Translations under genes and position numbers: made by a program | Part shown: one piece after another, positions 35,708 to 48,780 of the stretch | Numbering within the stretch: the stretch's first letter is position 1 | Layout: each line of letters opens with the position of its first letter | The notes under the pieces: generated by a model | The model's database searches: none | Told to the model about the DNA's origin: nothing | The model's input: the letters and a program-made list of their open reading frames with translations, nothing else | Source of the DNA: Trichosphaerium sp. ATCC 40318 | Taxonomy: Eukaryota; Protista; Tubulinea | Assembly (NCBI GenBank): GCA_038496445.1 | Contig: JALMLS010000005.1 | Coordinates: 174,417 to 238,416 of the forward strand | Length of the DNA: 64,000 nucleotides | Reading direction: 5' to 3'

Positions 35708-38700
35708 ATGTTCAAAGGTACATAACAAACACCTAATACCTTAATTTACTCATACTTCTCGTTAGCAATCGTAGTTTTGAGTGCGCTTTTCGTTGCAATC
35801 GCCCTTGCTGGCAAGGATGGTTACTGCCAACATGGTGGTACATTCACACCTGATTTGAGCGGTATTTACCGTGTTGAAGACGCCACGTACGTAAACACAA
35901 TATCGACTTCTTCTTTCGCGAACGAAAACTTTTCTGACTACTCGCTTAGCGACAACCGCCCTGAACATATCTGTCTTCAATTCGATGGTATCTTCGGTAA
36001 TGGTAAAAAGGCTGTTTTCTCTTGCAACTACCACGAAAATGGTAAACAACTTGCTGATACCCGCGTCTACTGGGAAGCGACAAACGATACTGGAGTTATG
36101 ACCGTTTTCGGTTTGATCTACGGTGGTGTTGGTTCAAACAACGGTAACTCTGCTGATTCATGGGATATTTCTCAAGCCAAGCAATACGTACTCAACTACG
36201 TTATTGAGTTCAAACGCGTTACACCAAGATCTGGTGGTGTAAACAATGGTACCAATATTACCGTAAACTGGGAGTCAACATCTGCTTCTGGTACATTCAA
36301 GGCAAAAATCAACAACACACTTCAACAAATGTACGCCACTTTACCCTTTTTGTTTTCGTTTTTTTTTCTTCGTCTTTTGAAGAAAAAGCTAAGCTTTCGC
36401 ACTTTCTGTTCTTCTTTTTACTTATTTTTACCCTTCTAGTATCTCATTCCAAGGAAAAAACCCAAATGAGACTGTTCGTAACTTTGCTCATGCTATCGGT
36501 ACTGGTTACGGTGCTGACCTCACTCAATCATCTGTATGGGGTTGGATTCAATCTGTTAACCCACCACAACCTGCTGGTGTTACAAGAGATTTGAACCTAG
36601 TAGTAACAACTTGTGTCGACTACTGTGATCTTGGAGATGCTTTCTTCCCACAAGTTGCCGGAAAGTATCAATACAGTGCTCCAACGTACGTCAAATAAGA
36701 ACTCAATTCCTCAAGGCAACCTTTTTCCTCGAAACATTGACCTTCAAAGTAAGCATTTGTTTCTAACTCGTTTTTTAAGCGCTGGCGCTGCAGTCCAATA
36801 CTCAGGAAAGAATGACATGCAATTCACAAACGATCCTGCTACATCATGCGTCGGGTTTTATTACACTGGATTTTCTAATGATGTATCTGATACTCTTGTT
36901 GATGACGGCACTGGTGTCTTTAAGCTACCTATTTCCGCCACCCAGTGTCAAGATATACCTACCCTTGATAACCACACACTTACGTTGGATATCAATGATC
37001 CGGTTGCTATGGTCAATAACTTTTGGGATCATAGAGGAACATTTGATCCGAATTTTGCTTTGGGAGCGTCACACTACATCGGTACGGTTTCTTCTTCTTC
37101 TTCTTCTTGTTTACTCCCAATCTTTTGTGCCTTGTACTCACTCTTATTATCAGGTCAATGTATTCCAGAGACTGCAATTGAAAATCTCGGCGTCTCATGT
37201 GTTCCACAACAAGTATCTCCTCTCACATCTTTGTTTGACACAAACATTGATGCTGATCTAAGAGACGGTATTTTAACACTTGATATCGATGCTCCATGGG
37301 AAGAAACTATTATGCAGGATACTCACAACTTTGCTTTGAACACAACTGTTACATTCAAGCCTTACGTTGTTGAGAAGTACTCTACAATCCCAAGACCAGA
37401 CACAAAGATTTGCAACTACACACCTCTCGTCTCTACACACTACACAGTAAAAGAACCTGACTTTACACGTGAGTGTAGATCAACATACAAAGCTCAATGG
37501 CCTGTCGCTGATCTTGTCGCTGATGGTTGTGCTACTCGTGTTTACTGTACCGAGAGCAACCAACCTGAAGCCAGTCCTACCAACTCCGCCTGTGACCCAG
37601 ATTTGTGTGCCTCCGGCACTTGCTTCAAAGTCTATGAATTCGAGTTCTCTGTTGACAGATTCTACAACGTATCTGCTCACACCCTCGGTGTTCAATCTAT
37701 TCGTCTTGCTGGTGACGAACACAGAATCGTTCTCGTCACTCCTTGGATTCTCACTGGAGAAGTTACCGTTGATTACGTTGCTCCACCTGATGTACAATGG
37801 GCCGCTGTCATCCCACTCTTGAAGTACTCTCTTGACCCTCTATTTGACTCAAATGGTGACCTACAAGCTTCTGAAGGTTCTTGGTACGTAGTTCACTCCA
37901 CAACAACTATTTTTTTATTTTTTGCTTGTTTTATTTTACTAACACGTTTTGTGCAGGGAATTTGAAGTTAAGACTGGTCTCCGCGCTCCTTTCGAGCTCG
38001 TTGAAGTTGGTGTTGGTAAACTCCAACGTCAATCCACTGGATCTCCATTGGAAGTTGACTACGTCATTGAGAACACTTGTGACGGTCAATACAACGACTC
38101 CAACCCAACCACCACTTTGGGCGAACAAGTTTGCACACAAAGAATCCGTGTTTTCTTCGATGAGTGCGACATGCTCTCTACCAGATACTCATACATCTTC
38201 ACCAACCTTCACTACACTTGTGACGCTGGTGCTCGTATTTTGTGGCCTGAATTCTGCGTCAACAACACGACCAGACCAGCTGAACTCAACGTCGATATTG
38301 TGGGTACCCAATCTTGCAATGACATCCGCGAAGAAGTCGTTGTCGGTGGTGTTGAGCTTGCATCTTACGTATCTGACTGGTCTGATACCATCAAGACATA
38401 CCTCTTCGGTACTGATGACATGAAGCTCAGATTCGAAGTAAAAGCAACTAACCCAACAAACGTTGCTTGTGAAGGTGTCCCAGCTATTGATGACCTCGTC
38501 TTGACAAAATTCTCTGCTGGTGAAAGACTTTTGGTCACCGGTACACCTGCTCCTCTTGTTGAGTACCCAACATCCGTATGCCAACGTGTTGTTGTACCAC
38601 AAGGTGACTGCGACAAACCATGTGTATACTGCTGTGTTGTCAACCCAACTGATGTTGATATCAACATTGGACCTAACGAGCCAGCTACATGGTGGACAAT

Positions 38701-38890
38701 GAGAGAATCCATTGAAGTACAATGGACTGGTTTCACAAAGAAGTCCGTCTTGGAGATTACAACTCCAAGTACACAAGCTGCATCCGCTTCCGCTGATGTC
38801 AGAATGCAACCACCTGCCTCTACTAGCGGTGTTTCATTCGTTCAACCATTGTTTTTCTTGGTTGTTGCTCTTATTGCTCTATTGTTCTAA
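35708..38890 (+). CDS. Large Cys-rich secreted/GPI-anchored surface protein
   Basis: MFK|AIVVLSALFVAIALA signal peptide, long exons, many Cys, dibasic WTGFTKKS near the C-terminus, GPI-like tail STSGVSFVQPLFFLVVALIALLF; strong C-ending codon bias. Confidence 0.8.
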
Positions 38891-39251
38891 GCGAACAAAT
38901 TTTGAAAATACCAATAAACAAACACTAAAGCAAAAATTGACTTTATGTTTTATTCTGTTGTAGACTCAAGGTAATTTAGAACGGATACGTAATACACGTA
39001 CATACACATTTTTTTGCAAATGGCGAAGACAGTTAAAAAGTACCGCCACAATTAGCTAGAAATTTCATGTTTTTTAATAATTGTTCTGAGTAGCGCTCTG
39101 AGTAGTTTCTACGCGTATATCTACGCATAGATCGTTGAAGTGTGAGTTTACAAAAAAAAACCGTCAAATATTATTTAAGGCATAACGGTTGGATTTACAA
39201 ATACCGCCACAACCTACACCACTTCACTTACGAGTCTATAGACACATAAAA

Positions 39252-40084
39252 ATGAGTGGGCAAATACAATTGATTCTTGGTACACTATAACTACTCGTTA
39301 CGCTTTAAACTAACGTAAATCGGTTAGGACCAATGTTTAGCGGTAAATCAACAGAGCTGATTCGGAGAATAAGACGCTACGCCATTGCACGCAAAAAGGT
39401 GGCCGTAATCAAGTATATAAAGGGTACTGCAGCTGTTTTACGCTTGTTTACTAACTTGAGCATGCTAGACGACCGATACGACCAAATGGCTGTATCTACA
39501 CACGATAAGACAAAATTAAAGGCCATTCCAGCTGAAAACTTAAATGATGTAAGAGACCAAGTCTCTGGTTACGAAGTTATAGGCATAGATGAAGGACAAT
39601 TCGTATCCTAAACCGCCAAGCTTTTTTGTTGTTTTTTACGGAAGACGCTGTTTGGTTCAAAACCACGTCTCAACTCATTTGATCCTTGACAGTGTAATCA
39701 AATAGTTCCCTGACATTGTTGAATTTTGTGAAGACATGGCAAACGCAGGGAAAATAGTACTTGTAGCTGCTCTAGATGGTACTTTCCAAAGAAAACCGTT
39801 CGGTCAAATTTTGCAACTAGTTTGTCTTGCAGAGTCTGTTGTTAAACTAAAGTACGTTCTTTCTATTCAGTTTACCTTGAGGAGGATACCCTCACGGAGA
39901 TCTGTTGTTTGTTCTGTATAAAACGCTAACTGTATTGTAGTGCTATATGCTCTATCTGCGCTGGCGAAGCAGCTTTTTCAAAACGTCTCGTGAAATCTAA
40001 AGAAATAGAAGTCATTGGCGGGGCTGACATGTACATGGCTGTCTGCCGCCCATGCTACTTCGCAACGGTAAGCAAATGCTCTTA
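39252..40084 (+). CDS. TK1: Thymidine kinase (TK1 type)
   Basis: [60 protein letters not shown]. The 3' end may splice to a further short exon ending near 40224. Confidence 0.95.
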
Positions 40085-40387
40085 AAGATTACAAACATAA
40101 GTGCGTAATCTTTTCTTGCTATCATCAACAGCGAGTGTACCAAACCACTAACATCTACTGCCTAGCCTTCGCAAAGTGGCATTTAAATAAGAACCATGTA
40201 AAGCAGCACGCTTTACGTGCGTAAACAAAAAGAACAAAACTGGTGATTATGATCTTAAAAAGCCAAAAGAGCTGTATATGTGCTAGTTGCACGCTTGTAT
40301 TGTAGGACAAAATCCTAAAACTTGTAGACTCAAAAATATTAAAATAAATAAAGAACTGTATGACTGCAACCTTGTTTTTCGTTGTAC

Positions 40388-40844
40388 TTACTCTATTTTA
40401 TTAGTGCAAATACCTTCTGTGAAGCATTTACCATCGTCTGAAAAAGAAGTAGCCAATGTGGCATGTGACAGAACTCCACATAAAACATATTTACGCATAT
40501 GTGTAACTACGGCAATGCTTGTGCAACTAGGACATAAAGATTACGGAATAATTGGAACAAATGCTTTCAGTCCGTTAAACGCACCAAAAGTTTTTTCTGA
40601 TGACTCGCACAGTCATGTTAAGGCCATTTTGCGTATCACAACGTAGTGTACCATTATGTACTGCAGTAGCACCTTTATATTCCATACCAGATACGGCATC
40701 GTGAATAACACACGGAGAGCCTTGATTGCAACCATATTCATTGATTGGGGCCATATCAACTGCTTCAGGCTCATAACTGGCTACAAACGACACTAGCGTC
40801 AAAAAGACGGCCAAAAACGGGAAGATCAATTCTTTGGCTTGCAT
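40388..40844 (-). CDS. Small secreted Cys-containing hypothetical protein
   Basis: Signal peptide MQAKELIFPFLAVFLTLVSFVAS; short exons ending DDGKCFTEGICTNKIE*. Confidence 0.55.
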
Positions 40845-40907
40845 TGGTGTGAGATGGAAGTGCAAAGACTTTATTCAAAAATCCTGTGCGTCATTCTCGC
40901 AATTAAC

Positions 40908-41679
40908 ATGTTCAACGCTTCGAATGCTGTGTTGGTACTTCTACTACGATCATACACGTTATTTCTTCTTATTTTCTAGCTACTAGCTCTTGTTTGTGTT
41001 TGCATAGCGTCACAGAAAGGTGTTCGTATTAAAGCTGCGTCTCAGACCTTCCTGTCTCCTCAAGAAGCAGGATTTGATGTTACAGTTCAAGAAGTACGCC
41101 TAAACAGAGTCTTATAACTCAAATGTACTGTAGAATCATTGGAATGGCGCAATTGTTGGACCAGAAGTACACCACGTGATAATTTCAAGTCCTAATTCGT
41201 TTCTAGTCTGGTTCGGCTCCCTCGGTTAATATTCTCAAGTTTTACCTGTCAAACGTACCCAAAGGCGCTACAATTATAAAGGCAGAGTTCAAACAACGCA
41301 TGTTCGTTGTACCAAGTGAGTTATTCTACAATTTCCGCTTACACAAACTCATTCTACTTTTCTAGAGGAAGTGGCTTTGGAAACTTACTTGGTAGATTCT
41401 AATTGGCGTCCTAATGAGGTGACATGGGCTGATATGCCAAAAAAGCTTGATAGAGTAGATAAACGTGCAATAAGTCCTACGCAAGCGCAATGTGAAGGTG
41501 GAGGTTATGATATATCAATGGATGTCACAGAAGCTGTAAAGAAAATGATAACCAAAGGAAGCGATGCTGTGTCGTTCTTACAAACTACAGACGATAAGGT
41601 AACAATTTTACAGGTGTACACTATGCACCATACAGACAAAAAGGCAACACCTACATTGTCAGTGAAGTACACGATATAA
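40908..41679 (+). CDS. Secreted DNRLRE/CBM96-like domain protein
   Basis: Signal peptide; ILKFYLSNVPKGATIIKAEF, YLVDSNWRPNEVTWADMP, MDVTEAVK, PTLSVKY pattern. Confidence 0.7.
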
Positions 41680-41843
41680 ATCAACACTGAACACGTGGAT
41701 TTCGCTTAAAAACCAAAACGGAAAATAAAAACAGTATTTGTTTCGTCGTTACGTAACGTTTTTGCTTTCGTTACCCGCCTGTGGCACCCACGCATATTAA
41801 TGCTCTGGAGTATGATTTATAGCAGTATTAAGGATTGTTACTA

Positions 41844-44570
41844 ATGTTATCGAAGGAAAAACCACCAGTAGCATTAAAAATGCTATTGTAAGCGTACGCG
41901 CTATCTATTATGAAAAGCAACCGAAATTTATGACAATTAACGTTGTAGTAGTACGTTTGCTTTGAAAGCTCTGTTTTTGGATCCAATTAACGCCATTATA
42001 GTGCCAGCCGGTCAGAACGGCATCAGGACACATCACGTACGCAAAAACGCCCTAAATGTCATCAAACACCAGGAAACCCTAACACTACGCGTTAGCAAAT
42101 CTCGCAAAGATTTCTGGCATGACATGTCAAACCAGCGACAGCGCATTGATGAAATAGGAGAAAACCTAAACATAAAGGTTCTAGACGATTGGTATACTAC
42201 ACGAATGGATGATTTCATAAAACAACCAGGGACAATAAGCTCCATAAGGTACAAACCAAGTCTTTCATCAAACCTGACCTTCTGCATAAGGAATCTTTAT
42301 AACGGCTCTCTATCAGCGTGCCTAGCAGCTGTGTATCCGACTCATCCGTGGATGCCGTGGCGCTTCTCGTACGTCTGCAATTTACAAACTAATCATTCAA
42401 ATATAATTTTATTACAAAGTATGGCACCTCGAGATTTTTGGGATAGCCATGATAACCAGCGCCAAGCTTTTGATGTCATTGGAAGATTTATAGGTATTAA
42501 ACATATGGATGATTGGTATAGTAAAGACTACAGAGATATAGCAAATCATGGAGCAGCTGGTTTTGTTGTGTACTAAAACAGTATTCGTTTCTTTGGTCTT
42601 ACACCTTTTCTAAGGTATAACGGTAACTCTGTATCTACTTGTCTTGAGCGCGTATACCCCGAATATACGTGGCAACCTTGGAGATTCAAGTATGGGTTTT
42701 GCAACAAAACGAGAGGTGTTGTGTTAACTCTTTTTGTCAATAAGGTTTGCTCCAAGAAATTATTTTTCGAATGTTGAGAATCAAAGAGTTGTTCTGAATG
42801 AATTTGCTTTTGAATATGATCTAAAGACTATGGACGAATGGTATGATATCAAAATATCCCATATGGAAAACGCACATTTTATCTACAAAAGGTACGAACC
42901 AAAGGAGTTTAAGAAACAAGAAACTTACAGTTTAAATAAAAAAAGTTATGAAGGGTCTATTCCCAACGCATTGAAATCTATATTTCCTGAGTTCACATGG
43001 AACGAAGATTTATTTGAATCTAATAAACCTATTCAATGGCATTTGCCTGAGATTCAAGAGTCGTTTCTTAGAGGTGTACAAAAAAACCTACACATCAATT
43101 CACCATCAATGTGGTAAGGGACCTTTGTTTGAAGGCAAAAAAAAAATGATATCTCTAGGTACCGCGTTTCAACAAAACAGCTCAGAGAGTTTGGTGGATA
43201 TGGATTTACAAAATATTGGCCAGATGCCTTGAATATTATTGAACCACACTATCCATGGGTATGGAAGCAGTTCGCAAGAAAGGCTAAAGTATCAAGACAA
43301 AGGTAGTTGGATTTGGTTTTTTTTAACCTTGAAAATTCCAAGTTCATGAGCTAACAGGCAATAGGGTCCTTCTAAGCATGATCCGTAAAATTTTTCCGGA
43401 GGACGAGATTATTGAAGAACATGTTTTAGCACCTAGAACAGAATCTTATAGTTTATTGACTGTTGACGTCTATATACCACGTGTTAATATTGCACTTGAA
43501 TATCAAGGTAAACGAATTTTCTTCAAATTTTCTTACTTTTTTTTGTAAACTCTCCAATAGGTGAACAACACTACTTTGATGCGTTATTCGATAGACATTT
43601 CGCGGAAGCACAAAAGGGTTTGGATATATTAAAACAAGATCAGTGTAACAAAGCCGGTAAGTAATCTTATTTGTATTCCTCCCTATCTTACTTTGTTCTG
43701 TAGGGTTAACCTTGATTGCAATTCCTTACTGGTGGGACTCTACCGTTGATACCCTGGTCGCTACTATAAAGCTTCATGCACCTCAAGTATCCTTTGCCGA
43801 GGAATTCAATTCGATAGAAGCTAAGCCATTGTCCCTTGAACCACCAGGCGACCACAAAGGCAATATTATAAATTCCTCATCAAACTTCCGTTTTTTTCTA
43901 TCTACACATTCAATAATTCTAACATGCAAAAAAGGCGATATGCTGATGGCTCCTCTCAGTACAGTGCATCAAAAAAGCTATTCGTAAGCTTCTCGGTAAG
44001 CATACTAAATTTGGAGCAAGGCAAAACAATGTTTCTTAGTGCTAACACGAAATATCAGAATTACGAGAACAGAATTATTATCTTTCCTAGTGCACATGGC
44101 TTTCAATCTATTTATTGAAAGAAGGAACTACTCACCCGAACGACTTCGAGAAGCGCCAAAAACTCTTTTACAGTCATCCACCTGTGGAATGGTACCAAAC
44201 AGCCGACAATCTCCCACTTCCTAGCGGTGCACATTTAGGAACACCAACGACCTTTTTTTTGAAAACAAATCAAGCACACAAGAACGTAAAATACCAAACC
44301 ACAACACTAAAATATTACAGTACCTGAAACCTACCATTTTGCCCTTATTACAATTCGTTGCGTTCTACGTTTCGAACTCTTGTCTCATCTACACGCTCTT
44401 TCCTATACACCTTCGCTGTGTTTATGCTACAACAAAGAAGACTGGTCGAGGCTTTCAACAGTAAGAAAGTCCTGAAGACAAAAGATCAAGTAACCTTGGC
44501 CAATAACGAACTCGTTGATCCCTTCCTGTTGGGTATCATGACCCTTGGTCCAACAGTTCAATCATACTAG
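41844..44570 (+). CDS. Trp-rich ~75-aa repeat protein with C-terminal PD-(D/E)xK (RAP/Vsr-like) nuclease domain, paralog 1
   Basis: Four repeats (FW..xxNQR..D.IG..L.IK..DDWY...Y..S...CL..VYP...W.PWRF) then TVDVYIPRVNIALEYQGEQHY...IAIPYWWD. The region past ~43990 may be an extension or a separate gene. Confidence 0.8.
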
Positions 44571-44906
44571 CTTGTAAGTTCACTTACGTAGCATTCAATG
44601 CCAAGATTAACGTTATTTTACTAGTACAAGTAAGAATGTGTCATCAAAGTCCCTGTGACTTTTTTGAAGAAAACTCCCGTAAGTGAGCCCTTGTACCACT
44701 GCGGCACGCACGTATTGAATAAAACAAAGGATGTATTGAGGAATTTCTTTGTTCTTTACAATGTCTTGAGGGCGTTAAATCGCTCATAGCTTCAGAGACA
44801 ATTGAGATTAAAAAGAAAATCTCAAATCTAAAAGTACAACTGCCCATACCTTTCCTTTAACGTGCATACCTACCCCATAAAATAGTATGATCTTATAGTG
44901 TCACTG

Positions 44907-44930
44907 TGCAGCACTTACGTAAGTGCTGCA
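44907..44930. repeat. Perfect 24-bp palindrome
   Basis: tgcagcacttacgtaagtgctgca equals its own reverse complement. Confidence 0.95.
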
Positions 44931-46815
44931 TAAAGTGAACGACATTAGGTACAGGATTAACAAAAGTGAAAGAGAATTGAGTTGTTTGATTCAAAAATAT
45001 GTGTACGCTATAGCTACAACGACGAGTGTATTTTGACAACACTGTAGGCTCTTTTCTCGAGAAGTTGGTTTTGTAAAATCAACAGAAATCCAAACTAGAG
45101 AGCTGCATAGGTGGTTTTAGTTACACGCGACAACCCCAAAGCTCCCAAATCATACAGTAGTCACTGTACTAGGAGCATGTACGCCTCCTGTATAACACAC
45201 GTTGACACCATTAAAACACGTGCTAAAGCAAAATAAATCTGATAAAAACTTACTATCAGCGATTGGCAAAATATGCTCGTGAGTGTTTAAATCAAGCGCC
45301 TGTAAATCTTGAAGGGCCGTCCCAATCTGAAAATGCCATTTTGAATAAACAGTTCGACAAAACACTTCCTTGTCTATATTTATCCTTACAAGTACTACCC
45401 GCGCTGTGCACTGCTCTAATGGTGTGACGAACAACCGCTGGCTTTAAAAAAAGACATACACGCAATGTTCATTGTAGATACCTGCGTTACAGAATTTTAC
45501 AGAAACTAAACAAACAACGCACAGGTTCACATGTGGTAAAACTTGTAACACTCTTTCTGAACAACAAACTACCTTTGTTCGCCACAGAACTGAGCAGAAC
45601 TTCGCCACTTGTGTTTATCAATGTGATATTTAAAAACCACTTTTAAAACTACAACATCCCCACGTATTGGCAAGATTGGTGTACAACGTATTATTTTGTA
45701 GTACTCTACCCTCTTGTTTGTCCTCGTTTTAACTCAGTTCCTCCGGTAGCTAGCCGTGCTTAACAGTGAAAAAATACAACTACATGTGCTGCAAGTGGCT
45801 CCGGACAAGATCTATCTCTTTATTGCCAATCATCCTGGCTTTCAATTGCTGTTTATAAGCAAAAAACTGTACGTTGTGGTTAAAGCTAACGTTAGACGCT
45901 GTACTGGATTCTTGACTTGATTTTAATCATTTCTAACAGAATTTTGTATACAGGATAATACACGCAATGCTCAGATACGCACTGAACAAACATCCTTTTC
46001 TTTACTTCCACAATAAAAAAATCAGCGTATGAAGGTTTCAGCATCAAAGCCAAGAAACGCAACCTCCAACACTTCATTTCTCGGTATGCTTTTTTTGAGA
46101 TACAAATAGTTTCACCTTTCATTTTTTTGCTGTGTTGTAAGATGTAACACGGTACAACTTGACTAAATTTCTTCGACTAAATCAATCAATAGCCCACAAC
46201 GCGCCGAATGCATTCCACGCCGACAGTAGAGATCCTGAACTTTAAGCTAGGTTTCCGGCTGAAAAAAATACATCCAACCTAAAGTACGTAGAATAATCAT
46301 TCCGAATTGGCTTGCCACGTGCACAATTGTGGTCATACACGTTGCACAAGAAGTCTACAACAAACTAAATAGTGCATTTTCTCAACGCGTTGAAATACGG
46401 AGTCTTCTCAGACAAACTTCGGATAAGAAACAATATTGTTGTTATGTTTATTGTTAAATGTCATTACGGACGTAACTATCGTAATCACAATAGTAGCAAT
46501 AGACACAGACTATATAAAGTCCCTTTGCGCAGGCAAGCATTACAATTTGAGTAGAGTGGGTTTTTTGTTGTACAACCACAACAGCAGCAAGATTCTTTAA
46601 TAAATTAGTCCGGTTTATTTCTTAGGATTCTTTGTACATTAAAATTTTTGTGGGTTTTTTTGATAAAGCACCACATGGGAGTTTGTAGTATCGAAAGATA
46701 CTGTGATTTTTACATTTAGTGAGCGACTAAAAGCCAACTAAGACTTTCTGTCTGCTATTATTTACAAGTAGCGCACAAGGTATGCGTTTGAAAAAGGCGA
46801 CAAGTTCAATACTAT

Positions 46816-48081
46816 CTAGTAGTACAAAAAGTAGTCGTGAGCCAAGTAACACCTTCTAATATCAAAACCATCGAAGTCTATTGCGTTAAAGAATGGCATC
46901 AAGCTGAATGGACTCATTGGTTTGTCTGTTGGGGATGTCGTAGCTTCAGATGGGATAGATTTGTTCTTTTTTTCGCCGTTGACATTTGTCATTGTTTGGG
47001 CTCTATAATGGCACGCCCATGCTGTTATAGGGACGCCAACGGTCATATTAAAGAATAGAACACGTTTAGCGAGTGGTACCAACGCGTAGCTCAAGCCTTG
47101 AGTAAAAACACTAAAAAGAAAGTAAGAATACTGTTGACTATGACGCGACAAAACCATAAACGAACTCGGGTAGTTTACTAGTTCACAAAAATAGCCGTTT
47201 AAATTTGTTTTATCTTGTTGACGCGTAACAAAGCATTTCTGGCCAAAAAAAAGGAAAAATCAAGTGAAATTTGCCAGCGGTCTCAAAAATGTACCTTGAG
47301 GCTAGAACAGATCCGTATATAGGTAAGAATTCATTTTTAAATGCGTTAGTGACACCATGGCGGGATGTGTTCCCATCTAAAGATGTGTAAGATTTTTTTT
47401 TATAGGGTTCGTCTAGTGTTGTATAGGGGTCTGCGTACCAAGCAAACAGCGTAGGCCAATGTAACCAGAAACAATAGATGGAATAAAAAGTGTTTGATCA
47501 GCTAACAATGGCAATGCTCGTTTCATTATGTCTTGAGGCCGCGTGAGCGTCTTGGGGCGTGGAAAGGTACGAGAGAGAAATCCAAACCAAAAGTGTGCTA
47601 AAGCGATATTAGCAACCATGATTTTAGTGAACTGACAAATCTGTAGGAATGCGGCGGTTTGTGTGTATAGTTCTTAGCGCCGCGCGAGATTTATGGGAAT
47701 GTTTAGTAAGTGCAACTAACCTGATGGAGCCACTAGTAAACCAGCATATGCACCCACTATTGCAGTTCGCTGCCAATTCCATTTGAAGTCCGAATTGTTT
47801 ACATTCGCTGTTTGTAAGCCAAAATCAGCCTGAAAACATCAGCATACGTTTTACATATGGTGTAGCGTACCGATCCCATGATTATAGCGGCTGTTGTGCC
47901 TTTTGCCGAAAGTAAGGAAGTGAAGAAATAGATTGCTTCTAGTACCTTTAGACGGCAATGGGTAGTTCTTTAGGCAATGAGAGTATGATTGCCAAGCCAC
48001 ACGAGCTGGATAAGCAGAAGAAAGAGCCAGAGCTTTTAATTGGCTCGCCAAAGCTGGTGCGACAACTCGTGACGCTGCCAT
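46816..48081 (-). CDS. Mpv17/PMP22 family membrane protein
   Basis: WQSYSHCLKNYPLPSK, ADFGLQ, WNWQRT, HFWFGFL, LLADQTLFIP, FTQGLSYALVPLAKRVLFFN. Confidence 0.8.
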
Positions 48082-48780
48082 GTGGTCTTCGTGTCTGAAA
48101 AATGTTACAATTAAGATTATGAAGGACTTTTTTCATTCAGAAAATAAATACTACAAGAAAACAAAATTGCTCTTTAATGCACGGAACTTATCAACGATAG
48201 TCGCATAATACTGTAGGCAGTTAGTTTTTTTTGGATTTTCGCGGATACGCAAATACTACTTACTAATATAGTTTTTCTGACGTAGTCCAGCGTCACAAAC
48301 GTTTTCCCTCGTATTGTGTATCACGATATATACTCCGAATGTTGGTTCGCTATTCACTACTTTTTACACAAAACTCATTTTTCACGGTTTTTTTTCTCTT
48401 CACGTTTATTTTTGTGAATGTGGTGAGTCTTCGAGCCACATCAAAACTAGCCTTTCGCACTGCGTATTGCCAAATAAAGACATTTTAAACAACAAGGATT
48501 TAAAAATACTTTCAAAAATACGACAATACTACAACCCATGTCAACATTACGGTCACGCTATAAAAAATTATATATGATGGTTTCTAACATGTTTTACGAA
48601 AACTTTTCCAACATGATATGTGAAAATAGCAAAACGTTTTTCGAGAAACAACAGTGCACCTGTGGTACTAAAATTATTTTATATACTATTGTACGTACAA
48701 CAGGTATTTAAATGCAATCCAAAACGCAACAGCAGACTCCGTCGATTTTTTTTTCGAACTTCGAAAAACCGTTTAAATAT

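Noticed and set aside
38189-38809. Long antisense ORFs over the surface-protein gene (similar cases at 24536-25063 and 18191-18625)
   Set aside because: These are shadows of codon bias on the coding strand, with no recognisable motifs.
45150-46122. Short minus-strand ORFs in the long intergenic region
   Set aside because: I could build no consistent spliced model or domain; transcript data are needed.
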